DNA of 64,000 bases from an uncultured Thermoleophilia bacterium (GCA_963702475.1 CAVPCT010000005.1:288001-352000), one strand, 5' to 3'. Positions 46,712 to 56,083 are shown, counted from the first letter of the stretch. Made by a program: numbers and translations. The notes: a model not told the origin generated them from the sequence alone.

Positions 46712-48120
46712 CGCGGCACCGCCCCTCTGCGCGTCCTGACCAGGGAGCTGCGCTCACGGAACCGGTCCACGCAGTTGATGGGCAGGTCGAGAAGGTCGGC
46801 GATGTTCATCTTGGCCTCCATCGCCGTCGCGGCACCCGGGAACGGGGCCTCGGAGTCGATGATCCTGCCGAGGCCCAGCTCGCCGCGGACCTCCTGCATC
46901 GCCACGCAGTCGGAGAGGTCGGCGATGCTCACGCCGAGCCTCTCGGCCACCACACGCTTCGCCTCCGGGAGCCGCAGTCCCCGCGTCATCTGCATGCGCG
47001 CCACCAGGTCTCCGGCGGCGCGTAGCCCGTTCATCCCGCAGGCTGTCGCGTGAGCGCTGGGCATCCCGAAGATGTCGCCTGTACCCACCTACAACCCGTC
47101 CACGCGCAGCAGATCGACGAAGGCGCGCCCCACACGCGACACGGCGTCCACGGGCGGGCAGACGCTCATGGGCACGCCGCCGACCCCCATCCCGGCGTTG
47201 ACGTGCACGGGGATGCTCGCTGCGGCCACGCAGGGCTTGAGGATCGTGGCCGCGCGGGCCACGTTCCAGGCCACGGAGTGCGTGGTGTTGACGTTGACGC
47301 AGGGGCCGAAGATGGTGGCGCCGGCCTGCTCGACCACGCGCAGCTGGTCGTGAGGCCACAGGCCGGCCAGGCGCACGCCGTCGAACTCGAGCCGCCCGTG
47401 CATCCCCAGCACGAACTCGGAGGCCATGCCGACCTCGATGCTCATGGTGGGGAAGTCGCGGCGCAGCGCGCGCACCACCTCGAGCACGGCCAGGAACTCG
47501 GCGTCGCCGGCCGCGCCGCTGGTGTCGAAGTCCAGACCGTCGGCGCCGGCCTCCCAGAGCCTCTCGGCGACGTGGCGCATGTCGGCGGTCGCGTAGGCGA
47601 CCGCCGCCTCCTGCGCCTCACGCGCCTCGTCGGCACGGCCCTGCGGCAACAGCTCGGACCAGTTCGGCACGGGGCCGTCCGGCATCGAGTACCGCCCGAG
47701 GTCGGCCTGCGACCCGTAGTGCAGCGGCATCGTGAGCCGGTGCTGGGCGTCGTGCATGGCCTGGGCCTCGCCGGCGACCACTTTGGCGGCGGCGTTGTAG
47801 CAGTAGTCCTGGTGGAACAGCTCGCCGGAGTCGGCGCCGAGCATCTGCTCGTAGATCACAAGGCCGTCGATGCGCTCGTTCTGCTGCGTGCCGGTGCCGT
47901 CGTAGCTCAGGACGACCTCCTCGCCGATGTCCACGGCCGAGAAGCGCGCGGGAGAGGCGAAGATGTCGAGCAGGTGGTCGAGCTCCGCGGCGTCGAGCGG
48001 CTCGACCTTGGCCCGTTTCGCGCCGAGCGCCGAGCCCTCTTCGAGGTCGGCGCGCAGCTCGGAGCGCGTGAGGTGGACGAGCGCGCCGTCTCCCATCCTC
48101 GTCGGGATCTTCACTTCCAT
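46708..48120 (-). CDS. mtbB: Dimethylamine:corrinoid methyltransferase with in-frame amber (pyrrolysine, codon 344); 470 aa with read-through
   Basis: TRMGDG, FDTSGAAGDAEF, GMASEFVLGMHG, GMGVGGVPM, VDGL-TAG-VGTGDIFGM...RAAGDLVARMQ...EAK; TAG at 47089-47091; downstream TGA overlaps next GTG start. Confidence 0.93.
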
Positions 48121-48192
48121 GAGCGTGCTCTCCCCTCCGGCTGAGCTGCGGGACCGGTCAGCGCACACACAACCCCAGTCCGGCCGCCCGCT

Positions 48193-48257
48193 CAAGAGCG
48201 GACGCAAGGTTTGCCCAAGAATCGGCGGTGGCGGCGCGCGATCCAGGCCCGGATACT
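48193..48257 (+). promoter_or_regulatory. Candidate operator AGGTTTGCCCAAGAATCGGC (48207-48226) with GATACT -10-like box
   Basis: Exact 20-nt copy at 50982-51001; CAAG repeats at 48193, 48205 and 48216; GATACT 25 nt downstream. Confidence 0.7.
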
Positions 48258-48306
48258 CCGTCTCAACGACTGTGCCGGCCGCGGCCGGCGGACGAAAGGG
48301 GCGCCC

Positions 48307-49725
48307 GTGGCGCGTGCGCGCATCCAGTACCTGTCGCCTCGGGAGAGCGACTTCATCCACGAGCAGACGCTGGAGCTCCTGGCGCGAGTGGGCGTCGCCT
48401 ACAACTCACCCAGGGCGCTCGACGTGCTGGAGGCAGCCGGCGTGGAGGTCGACCGGGAGAAGCTCACCGCGAAGCTCGGCTGGGAGGTGATCGAAGAGGC
48501 GCTCCGCACCGTGCCCGGACGAGTGCTGCTGGCCGGGCGGCTCCCCGAGCACGACCGCGTGCTCGGCGACGGCCGGCTGGTCACCACGAGTGACGGCATG
48601 ACCACGTACGTGCTGGACGAGCCCGGCGGCGCCCGCCGCGAGGGCACCGCCGCCGACCTGGCCACCGTCACCCGGCTCTGCGACGCGCTCGACGAGATCG
48701 ACGTGGTGTGGCCCTCGCCGCAGGCCGGCGACGTGGACGCCTGGATGATGCCGCTGGTGATGCAGGCGACGGTGGTGCGCAACACCGGCAAGCACGTGCA
48801 GGACGAGGTACGCACCCCGGAGATGGTCGAGCCGATCCTGGCGGTGTACGAGGCGGCCGCGGGCGCGACGCTGCGCGAGCGCCCGGTGTTCTCGGTGACG
48901 AACTGCACGATCGCGCCGCTGCAACACGACCGCGAGATGACGGAGGCCGGCCTGGAGCTTGCGGCACGCGGCGTGCCCATCTTCGTGCTGCCCATGCCCC
49001 AGGCCGGTACGACAGGGCCCATGACCCTGCTCGGCACCTGCATCGTGCACATGGCCGAGCTGCTCTCGGCGGTCGTGCTCTACCAGCTGGCCGTGCCCGG
49101 CTGCCCGCTCATCGCCGGGGTCGGGGCCGCCGTGGCCGACATGCGCAGCGGCGGCTACATCTCGGCGGCGCCCGAGATCGGCCTCATCAACCTGATCTGC
49201 CTCACGATGAGCAAGCGCTACGGGCTGCTCACGCAAGCCACGGGGATCTCGCCCGACGCCAAGGTGAGCGACTTCCAGGCGGGCTCGGAGGGCGGCATGA
49301 CGGGGCTCGTGGCCGCCCTCGCCGGCGCCGACTCGCTCATCGCCGCCGGCAGTCTGGACGGCGTACAGTGCTCGAGCCTCGCCAAGCTGGTGCTGGACGA
49401 CGACCAGCTCGGCGCCATCCGCCGCTACCTGCGCGAGGACCCCATCGACAAGACGGCGGCGCTCATGGACGACATCCTCGAGGTCGGCATCGGCGGCCAC
49501 TTCCTCGCGCGCCGCAGCACCCGCCACGCCGCGCGCACGGAGGTCTGGCGGCCGCGCGTGTTCCAGCGCGGGAGCTACGCCGAGCTGGCCGGTCGGTCGG
49601 TGGTGCAGGCGGCCGCCGAGCGCGCCGAGGAGCTGCTGGCGACGCACGACGCGCCGCCGCTCGCGCCCGCGGCCGAGGCGGCGATCGCCGAGGTACTGGC
49701 GGCCTGGGAGGCGCGCCGGCCCTGA
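48307..49725 (+). CDS. MttB-superfamily methyltransferase (non-pyrrolysine)
   Basis: IHEQTLELLARVGV, IAPLQHD, AGTTGPMTLLG, DMRSG...APE, TGISPDAK, GIGGHFL. Confidence 0.9.
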   Translation: MARARIQYLSPRESDFIHEQTLELLARVGVAYNSPRALDVLEAAGVEVDREKLTAKLGWEVIEEALRTVPGRVLLAGRLPEHDRVLGDGRLVTTSDGMTTYVLDEPGGARREGTAADLATVTRLCDALDEIDVVWPSPQAGDVDAWMMPLVMQATVVRNTGKHVQDEVRTPEMVEPILAVYEAAAGATLRERPVFSVTNCTIAPLQHDREMTEAGLELAARGVPIFVLPMPQAGTTGPMTLLGTCIVHMAELLSAVVLYQLAVPGCPLIAGVGAAVADMRSGGYISAAPEIGLINLICLTMSKRYGLLTQATGISPDAKVSDFQAGSEGGMTGLVAALAGADSLIAAGSLDGVQCSSLAKLVLDDDQLGAIRRYLREDPIDKTAALMDDILEVGIGGHFLARRSTRHAARTEVWRPRVFQRGSYAELAGRSVVQAAAERAEELLATHDAPPLAPAAEAAIAEVLAAWEARRP

Positions 49726-49815
49726 CCCCGTCAGTGGGCACTGGGCCGTCGGCCGCGGGCGCGGCGCCCGCCCCGGCAGGCGGCCGTTCCTTCGACACGC
49801 CGGCGGGCGCCGCCG

Positions 49816-50898
49816 TCAGCCCAGGCGCAGTAGCGCCTGGGCAGCCGCGGCGGCGACCAGACGGAGCACGCGCTCCTCCTGGCCGCCCGCCGCACGTGGC
49901 AGGGCGACGCGCAGTACCAGTTTCCCCACGGGCGTGACCTCCTCGGCCTCCACCAGCCCGGCCGCGTCCGCGGTGTCGCGCCACCTCCCGCGCGCGACCG
50001 CTCCTTCGTCGCGCGCGCGGCCGGTCAGGTCGTCCCACTCCGCCTCCGCCGACGCGCCACCGAGGGCGCGGCACGCGAGGGCGGCGGCGGCGGCCAGCAC
50101 CTCGTCCACCGTGCGGCCGGCCACGAGCTCCGGGAGGCCGGCCACGACCGCGTCCACCGCGCTCGCCAGCAGCCGGCCGTCGGCGTCGCTGCGCGCGAGG
50201 CGGGCGAAGGTGCCCGCGTTCTGCAGCGCCACCGCGGCGAGGCCCGCGAGGGCGCGCGCGAGGCGCAGCTCCTGGTGCGTGAAACGACGCTCCCTGAGGT
50301 GGTCGTACACCTCGAGCGTGCCGACCGTGCGCCCCGCGAACACGAGCGGCACCACGAGGAGCGTCTTGTCGCCCCACTGGCGCATGATGGCGGTCTCCGC
50401 CGGGTCCGCCGCCGGGTCGCTCACCGTGATGACCCCGAGCTCCTGCACCTCGACCAGGCGGTGCGTGAAGGGGAAGCCCTTCAGCGAGTACGGGTTCCAG
50501 TCGGCTATGCGCTGCCCGTTGCGGTCGTAGTCCGCCAGCACCGACACGACGTCCGTCTCGGGGTCGTACTCCGACACGGCGCAGAAGTGACAGTCCAGCG
50601 TGGCCGTGACGCGCCGTGCTATCTCGCCGAGCAGCTCGGGCAGGTCGAGCCGGCTGGTGAGCGCCACGGAGGCGTCCACGAGGGTGTCGACCTCGCGCTC
50701 GCGGGCGAGGCGCGCGGCGGCCTGGTCGCTCGCCGCGACGAGCGTGGCGAGCTCGTCCACGTCCTCGCGCCGCATGCGCCGGTGACCGCCGGCCGTGCGG
50801 ATGCAGGGGAGGAAGCCCGAGTCGGTCCAGCGACGGATGGTGTCGGGCGAGACGCCCAGCCGGCGGGCCGCGAGCTGCACGCTCAGGTACACGGACAT
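49816..50898 (-). CDS. Excisionase/BldC-like (MerR-type HTH_17) DNA-binding protein with a GAF domain
   Basis: YLSVQLAARRLGVSPDTIRRWTDSGFLPCIRTAGGHRR; GAF region LTSRLDLPELL...LLVVPLVFAGRTVGTL...F...ELRLARALA. Confidence 0.88.
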   Translation of the reverse strand: MSVYLSVQLAARRLGVSPDTIRRWTDSGFLPCIRTAGGHRRMRREDVDELATLVAASDQAAARLAREREVDTLVDASVALTSRLDLPELLGEIARRVTATLDCHFCAVSEYDPETDVVSVLADYDRNGQRIADWNPYSLKGFPFTHRLVEVQELGVITVSDPAADPAETAIMRQWGDKTLLVVPLVFAGRTVGTLEVYDHLRERRFTHQELRLARALAGLAAVALQNAGTFARLARSDADGRLLASAVDAVVAGLPELVAGRTVDEVLAAAAALACRALGGASAEAEWDDLTGRARDEGAVARGRWRDTADAAGLVEAEEVTPVGKLVLRVALPRAAGGQEERVLRLVAAAAAQALLRLG

Positions 50899-50904
50899 GG
50901 GCGC

Positions 50905-50933
50905 AAGCTAGTCGCAAAGCCGGAGGGGGTCAA
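50905..50933 (-). promoter_or_regulatory. Consensus promoter giving a probable leaderless mRNA for the HTH-GAF regulator
   Basis: Minus strand TTGACC-N17-TAGCTT, then 6 nt to ATG 50898; no RBS. Confidence 0.7.
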
Positions 50934-50969
50934 CAGCGCGACGGCGCGGGCCCCGGCGCCCCGGCCCGA

Positions 50970-51032
50970 CAAGAGCCTGCGAGGTTTGCCCAAGAATCGG
51001 CTCTTACACGCCCCGTGCCCCGTGCGCATACT
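50970..51032 (+). promoter_or_regulatory. Second copy of the operator AGGTTTGCCCAAGAATCGGC (50982-51001) with CATACT -10-like box
   Basis: Identical 20-mer, preceded by CAAGAGC as at 48193; CATACT again 25 nt downstream. Confidence 0.7.
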
Positions 51033-51066
51033 GCGGCGACGCAGCCGGGGATCACACTGAGGGAGG

Positions 51067-52587
51067 GTGCACGTGGAACTGACGACCGCGAGCCAGACCG
51101 CCGCCCGGAGCCAGGGCCTCAAGCGCACCAGCGTCCGCCTTCTCACGGTGTTCTTCATGATCTACATCCTCGTCTCGGGCGGGTCGTTCGGCATAGAGGA
51201 CATGGTGTCATGGTCCGGCCCGGGCCTCACGATCCTGCTGCTCATGGTGCTGCCGATCGTCTGGAGCTTGCCCATGGCGCTGGTCGCGAGCGAGTTGGGG
51301 TCGGCGCTGCCCGGCGAGGGCGGCTTCTACATCTGGGCGCGGCGCGGGCTCGGCGACTTCTGGGGATTCCAGACCGCCTGGTGGTGGACCCTCTCCATCT
51401 TCGTGGACTCGTCGGTCTACGTCGTCCTGGCCGTCGGCTACCTGCAGAACTGGCTGGGCTTCGGACAGCTCTGGTTCTACGTCACCTGCTGGGCGATCAT
51501 CGCCGTGTTCACACTCGTCAACGTCTTCGGGGTCAAGCTGGTGGCACTCAGTTCGACCGTCTTCTCGGTGCTGATCATCGCGCCGTTCCTCGTGCTGATC
51601 GTGGTCGGCCTGGCGAAGTGGCAGTTCAACCCCCTGACGCCGGTGACGCCGCCGGGCGTACCGTTCTTCGGCACCAACGGCGCCCTCGGCCTCGGGCTGG
51701 CCATCGGCGTGTGGATGTACTCCGGCTACGAGTCCATGTCCACGCTTTCGGGAGAGATCCGCGATCCCCAGCGCGTGATCCCGCGCGCGCTCCTGCTCGC
51801 GGTGCCGTTCATCATCGCCATGTACGTGCTGCCCACGGTGGCCGCCCTGGCCGGCTACGGCCAGTGGGACATGTGGGCGACAGACGCCGGCGACGGCTAC
51901 GTCTCGTTCGTGGAGATCGGCAGGGCCCTCGGCGGCTCCGCGCTCGGCGTCGCGCTGCTGGCGTCGGCCCTGCTCGGCAACCTGGCGCTGTACCTGGACT
52001 ACCTGGCCTCGGGCGCGCGCCCACTCTTCGCACTCTCTACCGATCGCCTCTTCCCCGCCGCGGCGTCTCGCGTCAGCAGGCGGTTCGGTACGCCGGTCGT
52101 GGCCATCCTGCTGATGGCCGGGCTGAACGCCGTTCTCATCGTCGGACCGTTCCGGAACCTGGTGGTGATCGACGTGATCCTGTTCACGGCGTCGTACGTG
52201 CTGATCTTCATCGCCGCGGTCGCTCTGCGCGTGAAGGAGCCCGGGCTAAGAAGGCCGTTCCGCGTGCCGCTGGGGACAAAGGGCATGGCGCTCATGGTGG
52301 CACCGCCCATCGCCATCGTGCTCTTCACGATCTACGTGAACGCCATCGACCGCAGCACGGAGATCCTCGGCGTCACCGGCTTCCGGGTGCTGGGCATCGA
52401 CGTGGGCTGGTACGGCATCGGCGGCTTCCTCGCGCTGGCCTCCGGACCGGTGTGCTACCTGGCCTTCCGCCGCGCGTTCGGCGGACCGGCCACGCCGGCG
52501 GCGCAAGCCGGCGACGACGAGCTGGCGGCGCTCGCGGCGGCCGCCGAAGACGGGGACGACGAGGCCGGCCCAGGAGCGCTCGCATGA
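51067..52587 (+). CDS. APC-family amino acid/amine permease
   Basis: About 12 hydrophobic helices; SGGSFGIED, SELGSALPGEGGFYIW, YSGYE, GEIRDP, RPFRVP; start may be 51073. Confidence 0.9.
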   Translation: MHVELTTASQTAARSQGLKRTSVRLLTVFFMIYILVSGGSFGIEDMVSWSGPGLTILLLMVLPIVWSLPMALVASELGSALPGEGGFYIWARRGLGDFWGFQTAWWWTLSIFVDSSVYVVLAVGYLQNWLGFGQLWFYVTCWAIIAVFTLVNVFGVKLVALSSTVFSVLIIAPFLVLIVVGLAKWQFNPLTPVTPPGVPFFGTNGALGLGLAIGVWMYSGYESMSTLSGEIRDPQRVIPRALLLAVPFIIAMYVLPTVAALAGYGQWDMWATDAGDGYVSFVEIGRALGGSALGVALLASALLGNLALYLDYLASGARPLFALSTDRLFPAAASRVSRRFGTPVVAILLMAGLNAVLIVGPFRNLVVIDVILFTASYVLIFIAAVALRVKEPGLRRPFRVPLGTKGMALMVAPPIAIVLFTIYVNAIDRSTEILGVTGFRVLGIDVGWYGIGGFLALASGPVCYLAFRRAFGGPATPAAQAGDDELAALAAAAEDGDDEAGPGALA

Positions 52588-54023
52588 GGGCGCGGCTCGA
52601 GATCCTGACCGCCGGGGAGCGCGCCCAGGTCCACGAGCGCACCCTGGGGGTGCTCGAGCGGACGGGGATGCGCTGCGACTCGATCGAGGGTCGCCGGATC
52701 CTCGCCGACGCCGGCGCCCGGGTGGACGAACACACCGGCGTCGTGCGCTTTCCGGCGGTGCTCGTCGAGCAGGCGCTGGCGCAGGCGCCGAAGGCGTTCA
52801 CGCTCGGAGGCCGCCGTCCCGGCTGGAGGTTCGCCCTCTGTGAGGGCGAACAGACCCTGCTCGCCGACGGCGGCGCCACCGCCGTGTTCGACAGCGCGAC
52901 CGGCGAGCGACGGCCACCGACCCGCGGCGACTGGCTGGCGGCCACGCGCATCCTCGACGCGCTCGACGAGGTCGGCCTCTACTGGTGCCCGACGGACTAC
53001 CCGGCGGACTACGAGCGCGCCGGCGGCTTCGTGCGCTACTACGCGGACGCGTTCGCCACCTTCGGCAAGCACGTACAGGACTCGTTCGGCACGCCCGAGC
53101 TGGCGCCGTGGCTCGGCGAGGTCCTCGAGGCGGTGTTCGGCGGCCGCGCGCGCGTGCGCGACCTGCGGCCGCTCTCGTTCCTCATCACGCCGGCCTCTCC
53201 GCTCACCATCGAGCGCAACTACACGGACTCGTGGCTCGCGCTGCGGGACTACCGGTTGCCGGTCGCCATCATGCCGATGCCGCTGCAGGGGGCGACGGCG
53301 CCGGGCAGCCGGCTGGGCACCCTGCTGGCCGCCAACTGCGAGACCCTGGGCACGCTCTGTCTGGTGCAGGCCGCGGCGCCGGGCACGCCCGTCATCTACG
53401 CGCCGGTCGTGGCCACGATGGACCCGCGCACCGGGCTGTACGCCGCCGGCGCCGTGGAGCACGCCGTGCTCTGCGCCGCCGGCACGGAGATGGCCCGGTT
53501 CTACGGCCTGCCGGCCGAATCCTCGGGCTTCTGCACGCAGACCCACGAGCCTGACCTGCAGACCGCCTGGGAGAAGGCCAACGGCGCCCTGCTCGTCACG
53601 CTCTCCGACCCCGACATCCTGGTCGGGCCGGGGCTGCTGGCGGGCGCGACGGTGCTGTGCCTCGAGCAGCTCGTGCTCGACGTGGCGGAGTGGCGCCTGG
53701 CACGCCAGGCGCAGACGGGCATCCCGGTGCGCGACGACCTCTGGCTCGACGACGTGCTCGACCGCGTCGGGGCCGGCGGCTCGTTCCTCTCCGCGCGCTC
53801 CACGCGTGCCAACGCGCGCGGGGGCGAGGAGTGGCGCCTCGGCGACCTCGGCTTCCACGGCAGCCACGACGCGTGGCGCGCGGCCGGCGCGCCGACGACG
53901 CTGCAGTACGCGCGAGAACGTGTCACGGAGATCCTCGCCGCGCACCAGCCGGTGCCCTTCGACGACGACGTCACCGCTGCGCTCGCGGAGCTCCAACGGC
54001 GGGCCGACGCAGCCGACGCGTGA
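52584..54023 (+). CDS. MttB-superfamily methyltransferase (non-pyrrolysine)
   Basis: VHERTLGVLERTG, GVVRFP, ASPL, GATAP, DPRTG, EMARFYGLP, QTAWEK; ATGA overlap with the permease. Confidence 0.9.
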   Translation: MRARLEILTAGERAQVHERTLGVLERTGMRCDSIEGRRILADAGARVDEHTGVVRFPAVLVEQALAQAPKAFTLGGRRPGWRFALCEGEQTLLADGGATAVFDSATGERRPPTRGDWLAATRILDALDEVGLYWCPTDYPADYERAGGFVRYYADAFATFGKHVQDSFGTPELAPWLGEVLEAVFGGRARVRDLRPLSFLITPASPLTIERNYTDSWLALRDYRLPVAIMPMPLQGATAPGSRLGTLLAANCETLGTLCLVQAAAPGTPVIYAPVVATMDPRTGLYAAGAVEHAVLCAAGTEMARFYGLPAESSGFCTQTHEPDLQTAWEKANGALLVTLSDPDILVGPGLLAGATVLCLEQLVLDVAEWRLARQAQTGIPVRDDLWLDDVLDRVGAGGSFLSARSTRANARGGEEWRLGDLGFHGSHDAWRAAGAPTTLQYARERVTEILAAHQPVPFDDDVTAALAELQRRADAADA

Positions 54024-54033
54024 GCTGCGGACG

Positions 54034-54092
54034 GTCGTCCGGGCGCACGAGACGGGTGGCCCACGGGCCACCGGGACGTGCGCCCGGACGAC
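54034..54092. terminator. Long nested hairpin between convergent genes
   Basis: 16-bp outer stem GTCGTCCGGGCGCACG/CGTGCGCCCGGACGAC plus inner GGTGGCCC/GGGCCACC. Confidence 0.6.
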
Positions 54093-54120
54093 AGCGGCTC
54101 GCTCGCTGGCGCGCGCCGGG

Positions 54121-54516
54121 TCAGGCGTGCTCGGCGTGCACCCCGATGCGGTTGCCCTCGCTGTCCCGGAAGAAGCCCATGCGGCCGACCATCTCCCCCA
54201 TGTCCTGCACCGGCATGAGGATCTCGCCGCCGGCGTCGGCGGCCCGCTGCAGCATGCCGTCCGGATCGCCGTTGCTCTGGAGGTAGATGGTGCACCCGTC
54301 GAGGCTCGGCCTGGTGTCGGTGACCGCGGCGAGATCGAACGCGACGGGGCCCGGGCCTTCCGCGTCCGCCGACTCGCCTTCGTCGGGACCCGGCAGTGCG
54401 ATACCGTCCATGCCGGGCACCTTCACGAACGGGCGCTGGAGCACGGCGGAGTAGAACGCGATGGCGCGGTCGAGATCTGTGACCGGGATGTCGGCCCAGA
54501 CGATGAGGTTCTCCAT
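54121..54516 (-). CDS. VOC (glyoxalase-like) family protein
   Basis: WADIPVTDLDRAIAFY...AGGEILMP...FRDSEGNRIG. Confidence 0.9.
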   Translation of the reverse strand: MENLIVWADIPVTDLDRAIAFYSAVLQRPFVKVPGMDGIALPGPDEGESADAEGPGPVAFDLAAVTDTRPSLDGCTIYLQSNGDPDGMLQRAADAGGEILMPVQDMGEMVGRMGFFRDSEGNRIGVHAEHA

Positions 54517-54677
54517 GGTGACGCCTCCGTCACGAGAGTCGTGGACGACCGGCGCCGCTGAGCGGCGCCGGACAGTGGCTGATGACCTCGGTACTCTTCC
54601 CCCCGAGCCAGGGATTCAGGCCCGAGGCCGGCAGGCCCGGCCCGGCAGGCGAGGCGGGCGGGCCGGGACCGGCGACG

Positions 54678-55064
54678 TCAGCCCGGCGGGTTCTCGACGA
54701 TGTACAGCAGGTTCCCGTCCGGGTCGCGCAGCGAGAACATGGGCGGCGCTCCCTCGACGCGCAGCAGACCGGTACCCATGTCGACGCCCAGACCCTGCAG
54801 TTCGGCGTAGGCGGCGCCCGCGTCGCCCGTCGTCAGGCGGATGCCGGTGTCGACGCCGCCGCGGTCCGGCCCATGGGCCAGAGCGATGGTGGTGGACGAG
54901 CCACACGGCGCCACCTCGATCCACCGCCGGCCCCCGCCGAACGTCACGTCCACGCGTTTCTCGAAGCCGAGCGTACCCACGTAGAACTCGAGCGCCCGGT
55001 CCTGGTCCGTCACAGGGACGGCGACCGTGCGCAGTGCGGTGATGTGCGTGGTGATCTCGGGCAT
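54678..55064 (-). CDS. VOC (glyoxalase-like) family protein
   Basis: VPVTDQDRALEFYVGTLGFE...LRDPDGN; RBS GGAGG. Confidence 0.88.
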   Translation of the reverse strand: MPEITTHITALRTVAVPVTDQDRALEFYVGTLGFEKRVDVTFGGGRRWIEVAPCGSSTTIALAHGPDRGGVDTGIRLTTGDAGAAYAELQGLGVDMGTGLLRVEGAPPMFSLRDPDGNLLYIVENPPG

Positions 55065-55269
55065 CACGACCTCCCCGGGGTGAGCAGACACGGGAGAGAT
55101 ACCCGGCGGGGCGTGAAGGGGCACCCCCGCGGCGAAGAGCGACCGCTGCAGCCGCGACCGGTGTGTGCCGCCGCGGCCGGCTGCGAAGCGTCCGTGGGCG
55201 AGACCGTCAGGGCGAAGAAGAAGGTCGCGAGGCACGCCAGCCGGCGCCCCGGCGGAGCGCCGGCGTAGC

Positions 55270-56079
55270 TCAGCAAGCGTCCGGCCGCGGCAGCCAGATG
55301 GTGTCGTCGGCGGGCCCGCCGACGCCCTCGCGCCCGTTTCCGTCCAGACTCGCCACCCAGGCGCACAGGTAGGCGTCCAGCTTGTCGTGACGGGCGCCGA
55401 AGGCGACGTCGTCGAGGGCGGCCGCCACGGGAGGGCCCGGCCAGCCGGTGCGCAGGGCGACGGCGGCGAGACGGTCGTCCAGGCCGCCGCGCGTGAGCTT
55501 GCGCTGCCCGGCGGCTCCCAGCACCAGGCCGACCGCGTGTGGGAACGTCTCCAGACACTCCCACTCGCGCTGCAGACGTGCGAACAGCGCAAAGCCGGCG
55601 AGCATCCACAACCTGTTGGCGTGCGGGAGCCGGGCGGCGGAGACCCCTGCCGCGAGATGCCGGCGGACCTCTTTGCGCATCCGCGTCCACGCCGCCTCGT
55701 CCGGCGTCGGGTAGAACGGGATGCCGCGGGCCGTGAGGCCGACCTCGCTCACGCGGCGCCCGCCGGAAGGCGCAGGGCCGCGCGGCGCGTCGACGGCCAC
55801 GCGGCGGATGGTCACGCCGAACGCGGTCTCGAGGGCACGCAGGTACGCGGCGGCCGCGGCGGCGAAGGCGAGCGTCGCCGCGACGTCCAGCGCCACGGCC
55901 GCGTTGCCGATGCCCCGAGGAGGCCGCACGGCAGCGCCGCGGAGCGGCAGCGGCAGCAGCCGGCCCGCGTCGCGTACGCAGACGCACACGGGCAGACGTT
56001 TCGCCCGCGCCACGGCGACGTCGATACCGGCGAACGCGTCGCGGCGGCCGGCGGGCCGCCCGCCCCCGGCCGCCGTCAC
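55270..56079 (-). CDS. DUF429-like (RNase H-fold) protein
   Basis: FAGIDVA, VAVDAP, LETFPHA, HDKLDAYLCA; start uncertain. Confidence 0.7.
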   Translation of the reverse strand: MTAAGGGRPAGRRDAFAGIDVAVARAKRLPVCVCVRDAGRLLPLPLRGAAVRPPRGIGNAAVALDVAATLAFAAAAAAYLRALETAFGVTIRRVAVDAPRGPAPSGGRRVSEVGLTARGIPFYPTPDEAAWTRMRKEVRRHLAAGVSAARLPHANRLWMLAGFALFARLQREWECLETFPHAVGLVLGAAGQRKLTRGGLDDRLAAVALRTGWPGPPVAAALDDVAFGARHDKLDAYLCAWVASLDGNGREGVGGPADDTIWLPRPDAC

Positions 56080-56083
56080 CGGA

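Noticed and set aside
43687-48120. mttB and mtbB as nonsense-mutated pseudogenes or as four separate genes
   Set aside because: Both stops are TAG at the known Pyl positions and the downstream halves are intact and in frame.
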